From sequence record NC_054895.1: a stretch of DNA of 48,466 bases; one strand, written 5' to 3'. This document shows, one piece after another, positions 16,472 through 23,286 of the stretch. Origin of the DNA: Escherichia phage vB_Eco_SLUR29. Both the position numbers and the translations under genes were made by a program. The number at the start of each line of letters is the position of its first letter. Position 1 is the first letter of the stretch. Under the pieces are notes generated by a model. The model did not search any database. It saw nothing but the letters and a program-made list of their open reading frames with translations, and had not been told where the DNA came from.

Positions 16472-17587
16472 TCAATTCATCATTTCTGGATAGTGAACAA
16501 ATCGCCCCACTTCTCCATGCTCTTTGTCGTAAATGATAACCGCCGCACGGCGTCGAGATCTCCAGCCACCTCGCGCGGCGTATGCGTCTTTTGCAGCCAG
16601 GGTGCTATGCACCTCAACGATGCCAAGCGACGTTTCTGTCACGGTCTGGTGATGCCAGTGCCCTACGTGCGCATACATCGTTTTTGAGTTTCCGAAGTCC
16701 TCCCGCCAATCTGACGCGCACATCATTAGCAAAGTCTCCGGTTTACGCACTGTGTGCCCGTGATGGTACGCAAGGAAAGTTTTTCCGTATTGCGTGTGGT
16801 GCACAACGCGAGGGGAAACATCAACGTAAACGCGCGGCTCGTTTTCATATGCTGCCGCCATTGCTGCGCGTAGCCAAATCATTCCTGATTGGTCATGATT
16901 GCCCTCTACGATCTGGACTTCAACATGTTTATGCTTTAACAACATTTTATTGATTGCGCGTCGCATTGCACGGATGGCAACGTAAACCAATTTTGCATAT
17001 CGACTATCTTGATCCAGTACGTGACCGCTTGCAGGTGTAACCGCCTCCAGGCCGTCGCTATGCAGCATATCGCCACCAATCAGGATGACAGCCTTTTCGC
17101 TATCCGGTGCGCACATTAAAGCATAGTCGATAAAGTTATTCATAACGCGCTCTGCCGTGGCAGTATCCCAATTTTCGCCGCATTCGTGCTTATGGGCCAT
17201 AGCGCCTAAGTGCATGTCAAAGATCGGATACAAGGAAAGCGTTTCGTTATAGTCGCGCTCCTGTAATGGGACCGGATCTAATCGCGGAACTTCCTCGCTA
17301 AATGCCTCCATTGCTGCGCGCATTAATGCTTCTAATTGCTCTTTATCCTTGCTGGTTTTAGTCCACTTTAGGATTATGTTGCCTTCTTTGTCAGTCATTA
17401 CTGACTCACCATGAACGCCAAAACCAGGCGCTCCAATGGTGGATACCTGGCCTTGCTTTGCAAGACGCGCCGCGCGACGCTCGACGCTTCTCACATTCAT
17501 TCCGTACTCTTGAGCGATCTGTTTATATGTCTTACCAGCCGCCCGTTCGATCTTGAATTGCTCATCTGTAATTTTTACATTTTTCAT
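16472..17587 (-). CDS. calcineurin-like metallophosphoesterase with N-terminal HTH domain
   Basis: motifs DMHLG, GGDMLHSDG, GNHD, GHWHH; N-terminal HTH-like KTYKQIAQEYGMNVRSVERRAARLAKQ; start taken at internal ATG 17587. Confidence 0.65.
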   Translation of the reverse strand: MKNVKITDEQFKIERAAGKTYKQIAQEYGMNVRSVERRAARLAKQGQVSTIGAPGFGVHGESVMTDKEGNIILKWTKTSKDKEQLEALMRAAMEAFSEEVPRLDPVPLQERDYNETLSLYPIFDMHLGAMAHKHECGENWDTATAERVMNNFIDYALMCAPDSEKAVILIGGDMLHSDGLEAVTPASGHVLDQDSRYAKLVYVAIRAMRRAINKMLLKHKHVEVQIVEGNHDQSGMIWLRAAMAAAYENEPRVYVDVSPRVVHHTQYGKTFLAYHHGHTVRKPETLLMMCASDWREDFGNSKTMYAHVGHWHHQTVTETSLGIVEVHSTLAAKDAYAARGGWRSRRRAAVIIYDKEHGEVGRFVHYPEMMN

Positions 17588-17681
17588 TCTGCTACCTATC
17601 TCATCACTATATGGTACATAACTGTAACAGCGATGATAACGGGTAACGGTAGAACAAACAAGCGCCACATGATAACTATCC

Positions 17682-17924
17682 TCATTTATAATATTTGCGA
17701 GGCTCTCGGATTTTAGCCATTGCCTCTTTGAAATCAATTTTTGTTGGAACTGCTGGAACTCTTACCATTTTTCGCGGCCTTTCCTTGAGGAAAGTCATCT
17801 TGTCGCCGCTAATTATGCTCACATCTGCAATATCAAAGTATTGCGCGATCTTCTTTATGTCGTCGGCAATACCGCATTCTTTAGCGTGATTCCATACCGC
17901 ATCTCTTCCTTGCTCAACCTTCAT
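17682..17924 (-). CDS. hypothetical protein (80 aa, MKVEQGRD...)
   Basis: ORF; GAGGAGG upstream; overlaps stop of preceding small ORF. Confidence 0.45.
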   Translation of the reverse strand: MKVEQGRDAVWNHAKECGIADDIKKIAQYFDIADVSIISGDKMTFLKERPRKMVRVPAVPTKIDFKEAMAKIREPRKYYK

Positions 17925-18093
17925 GCTTATAATATGCCTCCTCTTGTTCAATTGGTGCGTGACCGTATGCAACTTTCAGTAAAAACATTGCGATCTCCCA
18001 ATCAAACTGGAATCCTTCCTTTGAACCGCCATCCACTGAACCTTTTGCCACCTCTTGAGCAAGATTAAAAGCGCGTTTATCGAATACTACCAT
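17914..18093 (-). CDS. small hypothetical protein (59 aa, MVVFDKRAFN...)
   Basis: GAGGA SD; first ORF downstream of 19-mer element at 18151. Confidence 0.4.
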   Translation of the reverse strand: MVVFDKRAFNLAQEVAKGSVDGGSKEGFQFDWEIAMFLLKVAYGHAPIEQEEAYYKHEG

Positions 18094-18150
18094 TTTTATT
18101 TCCTCATGTTTGTTTCGTTGAAATAATTATGCCCGACACTAGGCCGGGCG

Positions 18151-18169
18151 TTTTAACAAAAAGTGCTAT
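18151..18169 (-). promoter_or_regulatory. conserved early element, minus-strand copy; inverted duplicate of copy 6
   Basis: reverse complement is ATAGCACTTTTTGTTAAAA followed by identical hairpin CGCCCGGCCTAGTGTCGGG and CATAAT; contains TAG stop of gene 18166..18405. Confidence 0.6.
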
Positions 18170-18405
18170 TTGATCGCTGAATCGTAAAATTCTTGCAGGT
18201 CTTTAGCAATTATTTCATGCCATTTTTCAAGAGGATGTTTTCTAGTTTCCTCAAAACTCATATCCAGGCAGCCGGAAAACTCCCACAAATCGCAATCAAT
18301 ATATGGCTTAACGAACGAATTTTTTTCCATACAGTCGCACACCATAGCGCGATATAAAAGAAATTCGCCATCCTCATTAAGTAAAACGCTTCTCTCTTTT
18401 TCCAT
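18166..18405 (-). CDS. hypothetical protein (80 aa, MEKERSVLL...)
   Basis: GGAG SD; immediately downstream of Dam gene. Confidence 0.45.
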   Translation of the reverse strand: MEKERSVLLNEDGEFLLYRAMVCDCMEKNSFVKPYIDCDLWEFSGCLDMSFEETRKHPLEKWHEIIAKDLQEFYDSAIK

Positions 18406-18409
18406 CGTA

Positions 18410-19135
18410 TTAACTCCGTTTGCGTGCTCGGCGTTCGGTAACAGAAGGACAAATATCGCTGATCTTAACGTATCGCGTTTTCTGCTCTTCGCCTTCTTTA
18501 AGTTTACGCATGACAAAAATCACGCTCCCCTTATTGTTGCCCTGTACAGGCTCGCCAGTCAATCCAGACACAAAGGCGATTCTTCCGGTGCGGGAATATT
18601 CCACTCCCCCCTCTTCGTAAACCTCGCCAGTGATCCAGATGATTTCAGCCGCGTTTTTCTGCGCCTCATAAAACCATGCTGTAGAGTTGTCGGATGGCAA
18701 CAAAACATCAATTTGGTTGTTGTGCTCCATTTGCTCAATTGCTTTCTTGATAAATGGAGTTGGGTTGCTGTACGGCGGGTTAAGCCATACGTGCTTGTTG
18801 CTACCCCACCAACGCTTTAAGCAGTTTGTTTCCTTGCTATAGAACTTCTCGCAAACTGCGTTTTCCTGGCTTGCTGCCGCGTCGAGATCGTATTCGCCAA
18901 ATTCTGATTCCATCCACTCCACGATCTCTTGAGGTGTGCTCCACATATCGCGCACAACGTCCGGCGTAGTGCTTCCAGCGTATCGGTTGCCGCTTACCTT
19001 ATAATATTGATTTGGCTTTACTGCCTGGTAATGGCCTCCAGTTGCAAGGGCATTCCCTATAAATGTTTCTCTCTCCAACTGCTCAAAGCTAACGAATGCG
19101 TCATGGGTGTCTTTATCTAAAATATCTTTAGCCAT
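18410..19135 (-). CDS. dam: DNA N6-adenine methyltransferase (Dam-like)
   Basis: NPPY catalytic motif (WLNPPYS); 241 aa; GGAGA SD. Confidence 0.75.
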   Translation of the reverse strand: MAKDILDKDTHDAFVSFEQLERETFIGNALATGGHYQAVKPNQYYKVSGNRYAGSTTPDVVRDMWSTPQEIVEWMESEFGEYDLDAAASQENAVCEKFYSKETNCLKRWWGSNKHVWLNPPYSNPTPFIKKAIEQMEHNNQIDVLLPSDNSTAWFYEAQKNAAEIIWITGEVYEEGGVEYSRTGRIAFVSGLTGEPVQGNNKGSVIFVMRKLKEGEEQKTRYVKISDICPSVTERRARKRS

Positions 19136-19199
19136 TTCATTTCTCCGCTATTAAAAGCTATCTCGTGTTATTGAATTATGGCGCAATCCATCGCGCCAG

Positions 19200-19218
19200 T
19201 TTTAACAAAAAGTGCTAT
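19200..19218 (-). promoter_or_regulatory. conserved early element, minus-strand copy, with stem-loop GGCGC/GCGCC
   Basis: reverse complement exact 19-mer followed by hairpin and CATAAT; contains TAG stop of 19215..19634; precedes Dam. Confidence 0.6.
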
Positions 19219-19634
19219 TTAAGCATGTATTCAATAGCCAACTTAAACTGATTAAATCCGTAGGCGACCGCAGCGAATCCTCCTAAGCTGCGAACTCGAC
19301 GCAAAAAAGCCCTTTGTTCATCGCTGACTGGTGATGCTTTACCATTGCCTGATTTATTCACTCGTTTGATCTCAATCGCTGCAAATGGGTATTTTCCGTT
19401 TAAACCAATCAGGATGATGAAATCGCTTACACCCTTAACCAAGCCGGACTGCTGATCAATCATCGCCGTTGCTTTAGACTTCTCATTCTCGTTTACCGTA
19501 TGCCACGCCAGCAAGTAAGGATGAGTATAAGTCAACCACTGAAAGCTATCTATCTGGTGATTAACTTCCTTTCTAGTGTCGGTTGGATCTCTTTCGTAAA
19601 ACTCAAGATAATCTCCTTTATCAGTTATAGCCAT
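19215..19634 (-). CDS. VRR-NUC-like PD-(D/E)xK nuclease
   Basis: 139 aa; D...E.K signature (GVSDFIIL...AIEIK); adjacent to helicase as is common for VRR-NUC. Confidence 0.55.
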   Translation of the reverse strand: MAITDKGDYLEFYERDPTDTRKEVNHQIDSFQWLTYTHPYLLAWHTVNENEKSKATAMIDQQSGLVKGVSDFIILIGLNGKYPFAAIEIKRVNKSGNGKASPVSDEQRAFLRRVRSLGGFAAVAYGFNQFKLAIEYMLK

Positions 19635-21631
19635 TAAACAAACTCCCGTTTTGCAATGTTATCCTCACCTTTGCCGTTTTTGCGATGCGTTACGCGTACA
19701 GGCGGCATGATGTGATGAGCGTATGACATTATTTTACGCGCATTTCTATAGCTCGCCACCATACCAGCAATCTTGCGATCCGGTATGTGCTGCAATGCTA
19801 TTTTTCTCCATATCGTCCTGCAAATGTTGCTTTCTGACTCAGGGAAAAATCTTTCGTATGCCTTGAACGTGTCGCCGTTGGCCTCAAGCTCATAGCAAAA
19901 AATAATTCCTTTCTGGTTTTTCGTCATATCAACGCGGAAAGATTTAACGTTGCACCAATCGTTTTTGGTGTAGTGCTTACCGCTTAACTTCTCGTTAGGA
20001 TCGACAAGAGAAATATCGCAACAACGGCATACTCTCGCCACTACGTCGTTTTTTGTTCCGCAACCGCGCTTGATTATCTTTTTCGTTCTCGGATCTACCT
20101 GGTCCTCGCAAATTCTGTAAGTCCAAAAATGCTCACATCGCTTCCCGTTATCGTCTACGTGCATACATCGGCGAGCGTAAAAGCTGTTTAGCGTTCCACA
20201 TATCGGACAAGTCTTAGGCTCTTTCCCGTTTGTAAATCTCTTTTGGAATTGCGCTTGCTCAAGGATTGGATCGAAATACAAATCACCTAACTCATCCATA
20301 GTACCTGCAAAATCCAATACAAGATGATCTTTTTTCTTGAATCCCTGATCAATGTGCCATTGCTTAAGCAGTCGCATGCCGCGCCCCAAAAGCTGGATAA
20401 GCAATGTTAGAGATCCTATCTTTCTCAGTATTACCGAAGTATCCCAAAACGGAACGTTAACGCCAGTGGTAAGCGCCTGTACCTGGAAGATGTATTTTAC
20501 TTTTCCCTCGTATGCCTCCCTCAGCCACTCTTTACGCTGATTATCTCCAGTCTTGCCAGTTATGATCCTGTATTCAACGCCTGGCGGCAGTGCGGCGGCG
20601 GCCTCCTTGCAGTGCCTTTCCCCTGCGCATGTAACTAAAACTCCGTTCCTGTCTTTGCATATCTCATGGACTTTAGCCATGATTTTCTGTGTCATTGTTG
20701 CGTCTTGATGGATCTTTTCTTCCATCTTGCGCAATGTTTTAGCGTCAAAGTCTGAAACGCCATCCTCGCTACTGGCTTCGAACTCTGAAAGGTCATAACC
20801 CAGGTCGCCTACGTCGCCGAAGTTTGTTGGCACTACCGAACCGAATTTGATTAAGTAGTTTGTGTCTATGTTAGTCACCTGCTCACGCCAGAATCCCTTT
20901 TTGTTCTTATCTTCAACCAGTATTGGAACCACGCCGCGAAATTCAGATCCAGTCATACCGAATATTCGCAATTCGTGCCCGTATGCCTCGCGACACCTGC
21001 GCATCATTTCCATGATTATTACGGTGTACTGTGTGCGTCCTGTTCCGAACATTGGATCGCCATTGGAATCAAATTGCTGTTCTTCTCCAATCAGTACTGG
21101 CAAATCCTTCTTAGTGGTCATCTGCTGGTAAGATTCATTATTTTCTATCGCGTCCGCGAGATCCTCCCAATCCACCTGGTGACATTCATCAATACCGATA
21201 ACGTGCGGAACATAATCACCTAACGACTTAAACAATCCGTTTACTACAGTGCCCTCAGAACCGACCACGATCGGAAAGTATGCGCTTTTTGTTTTCAGTC
21301 CGGCGCAATAGATTGAGTTTGGCACTCCAAGATTGCTGATCTCTTCCGAATCCTGATCAACAATTTCAGCCTGGCGAGCAAGGACCATCATTTTCAATCC
21401 CATTTTTCGGCATTGCGCCGCAACCATCGCAAACATCAATGTTTTGCCAGCCGACACAGAAGCCTTAACAAAGAAAGGATGCTCATAGTTTTTCATGCGC
21501 TTTGCGATCTCGGCATACGCAACGCACTGATAAGGATAAGGCACTATATTGCCAACCGTGAATCGCTCTTGGATGCTTTTTATTACTGCCTCGCCTAACG
21601 CTGATATTTGTTTTTCGATATTTGGAATCAT
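19634..21631 (-). CDS. SF2 DNA helicase with C-terminal Zn-finger region
   Basis: Walker A SAGKT, DECH box, multiple CxxC pairs in C-terminal third. Confidence 0.8.
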   Translation of the reverse strand: MIPNIEKQISALGEAVIKSIQERFTVGNIVPYPYQCVAYAEIAKRMKNYEHPFFVKASVSAGKTLMFAMVAAQCRKMGLKMMVLARQAEIVDQDSEEISNLGVPNSIYCAGLKTKSAYFPIVVGSEGTVVNGLFKSLGDYVPHVIGIDECHQVDWEDLADAIENNESYQQMTTKKDLPVLIGEEQQFDSNGDPMFGTGRTQYTVIIMEMMRRCREAYGHELRIFGMTGSEFRGVVPILVEDKNKKGFWREQVTNIDTNYLIKFGSVVPTNFGDVGDLGYDLSEFEASSEDGVSDFDAKTLRKMEEKIHQDATMTQKIMAKVHEICKDRNGVLVTCAGERHCKEAAAALPPGVEYRIITGKTGDNQRKEWLREAYEGKVKYIFQVQALTTGVNVPFWDTSVILRKIGSLTLLIQLLGRGMRLLKQWHIDQGFKKKDHLVLDFAGTMDELGDLYFDPILEQAQFQKRFTNGKEPKTCPICGTLNSFYARRCMHVDDNGKRCEHFWTYRICEDQVDPRTKKIIKRGCGTKNDVVARVCRCCDISLVDPNEKLSGKHYTKNDWCNVKSFRVDMTKNQKGIIFCYELEANGDTFKAYERFFPESESNICRTIWRKIALQHIPDRKIAGMVASYRNARKIMSYAHHIMPPVRVTHRKNGKGEDNIAKREFV

Positions 21632-21639
21632 CTTAAACC

Positions 21640-21668
21640 TTTAAAAAATGCCATTTGGAGTATATAAT
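21640..21668 (+). promoter_or_regulatory. putative sigma70 promoter (TTTAAA-17-TATAAT) for rightward HTH/primase/fiber block
   Basis: hexamers at 21640..21645 and 21663..21668; overlaps face-to-face with minus-strand -10 of the helicase promoter. Confidence 0.4.
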
Positions 21669-21688
21669 AGACTCATTACAATAAACTG

Positions 21689-21707
21689 TTTTAACAAAAA
21701 ATGCTAT
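21689..21707 (-). promoter_or_regulatory. conserved early element, minus-strand copy driving helicase operon
   Basis: reverse complement ATAGCATTTTTTGTTAAAA; TATTAT 22 nt after TTGTTA; about 58 nt upstream of helicase ATG. Confidence 0.55.
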
Positions 21708-21718
21708 GAGGTGACTAG

Positions 21719-22195
21719 ATGAAAGATGCACGAATTGCGGTGTCTACGGGTGAGATCGACAAGCGCACTATTAACGGTAACAACGGAACGCGACGAGGTA
21801 AAGACAAAAAGCCACGAAAACACCGAACCGGATTTCTTATCCTGCGAGATGAGGTAAAAGCAAGCCTGAAATCTCGCTTGGATATTCTGATCGAGTATTA
21901 TGGCGGTGTTCCTGCTATGGCTCGACGTCTACGCGTATCTCAGCAAGTCGTTAACCAATGGCGAAAGCGTGGTATGATTTCAGCCGCTGGAGCACAAAAG
22001 GTGCATAACGACTACAAATATAATGGATGCAAAGGATACCGCGCATCATTTTGTCGTCCAGATCTGCGGTTTGATTCTAACGGTAAGCCTCTTACTACCC
22101 GTTGCGACAAATACGAGATGTTGCGCGTAGTCAAAAATTCAGACTACGAACCAGGCGGACGATTCTACAAAGGTGATAACAGCACAAATAGCTAA
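21719..22195 (+). CDS. HTH DNA-binding protein (Cro/YdaS-like)
   Basis: HTH-like GGVPAMARRLRVSQQVVNQWRKRG; GAGG SD. Confidence 0.6.
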   Translation: MKDARIAVSTGEIDKRTINGNNGTRRGKDKKPRKHRTGFLILRDEVKASLKSRLDILIEYYGGVPAMARRLRVSQQVVNQWRKRGMISAAGAQKVHNDYKYNGCKGYRASFCRPDLRFDSNGKPLTTRCDKYEMLRVVKNSDYEPGGRFYKGDNSTNS

Positions 22196-22250
22196 TGATA
22201 AGGCTCAGCGAAATGATAATATTTGCTGGGCTTTTTTATTGAGGTTTGCC

Positions 22251-23180
22251 ATGAATACTGAAAACTTTATGACCTATCAGAAAGAAGATGTTTTGCCATA
22301 TATGAAGGGGTTATGGCGTGAAGCACTACAAAGCATTTGCGGACTGCATAGCGATGTTTTCAACAAAAAGCATCAACCTTGCCCACACTGCGGCGGTAAG
22401 GATCGTTTTAGATGGACTGATAAGCTAAATGAAGAGGGCGACGGCGGCGCGATCTGCAACGTATGCGGCAACGACACGGGGATCGGTTGGTTAATGAAAT
22501 TAACTGGCGAACCTTACAGCGAGGCCATCAACATTTTGGGCCGCTTCCTCGGAAAAGTGCCACAAGATTACAGGATCAGAGCAAACAAACGCGCTTCGCG
22601 TTCTTCTGGTTACTCGTTCGGGAAACAGGCAAGTCATGAATGTTGCGAAAAAGTGATGGCAAAAACATTAAAATTCGATCGCACACCTTTAAGCGTTTAT
22701 GAGGGGATATATCCGCCGGAAGATTGTCATTATGATTGCGGCGTCAAGGATGGTCGATACATTCACGCGCTACCTTGTCACCTGGTGCATGATGACGGGC
22801 TGGATGATGAAATGTGTAACGTGCTTTTCATTGATGAGGATGGAAAGGATTGGTTTTTAGCTCGCGACTACACGCGCGGATCTGTTGTTAAAACAGGTAG
22901 CACAGATAAGACGATCTATTTGTGCCTTGATTGGGTTGATTCTCAGCATGTTCATTTATCAACTGGTCAAGAGGTGTGGGCCTGTTTTACTCCTTCAAAT
23001 CTTGAAATGGTTGCGCATAGATATAAAGGAGAAAGAAGAATGCGCGTAGTCTGCCGGAAAGATGATCGTGATGTGATAATCGCGGCAGAGGAAAGAGGGC
23101 TTGACATAATGATGCCTGTTAACGATAATTTTAAACAGGGCGTAGAAAGAAAACTCTACAAGCCCGAATCACTGCTATAA
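22251..23180 (+). CDS. DNA primase (Zn-ribbon plus Toprim-like)
   Basis: CPHCGGKDRFRW...CNVCG zinc ribbon; start at ATG 22251 with GAGG SD rather than the upstream GTG. Confidence 0.7.
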   Translation: MNTENFMTYQKEDVLPYMKGLWREALQSICGLHSDVFNKKHQPCPHCGGKDRFRWTDKLNEEGDGGAICNVCGNDTGIGWLMKLTGEPYSEAINILGRFLGKVPQDYRIRANKRASRSSGYSFGKQASHECCEKVMAKTLKFDRTPLSVYEGIYPPEDCHYDCGVKDGRYIHALPCHLVHDDGLDDEMCNVLFIDEDGKDWFLARDYTRGSVVKTGSTDKTIYLCLDWVDSQHVHLSTGQEVWACFTPSNLEMVAHRYKGERRMRVVCRKDDRDVIIAAEERGLDIMMPVNDNFKQGVERKLYKPESLL

Positions 23181-23196
23181 AACTCCGCTAGTATTG

Positions 23197-23221
23197 CCCC
23201 GCTTATGCGGGGTTTTTTTTT
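23197..23221 (+). terminator. intrinsic terminator
   Basis: hairpin CCCCGCTTATGCGGGG followed by 9 T. Confidence 0.7.
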
Positions 23222-23250
23222 GCACTTGAAAATGCTATTATCTGCATTGT

Positions 23251-23269
23251 CATTAGCAAAAAGTGCTAT
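23251..23269 (-). promoter_or_regulatory. degenerate copy of 19-mer element (16/19), reverse orientation relative to adjacent + gene
   Basis: CATTAGCAAAAAGTGCTAT directly upstream of SD of tail fiber gene. Confidence 0.4.
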
Positions 23270-23286
23270 TTAGGAGGATTTTACAA

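Noticed and set aside
22173-22250. Upstream extension of the primase ORF from 22173
   Set aside because: Position 22173 is GTG and overlaps the HTH gene; ATG at 22251 has a GAGG SD and begins the conserved primase N-terminus.
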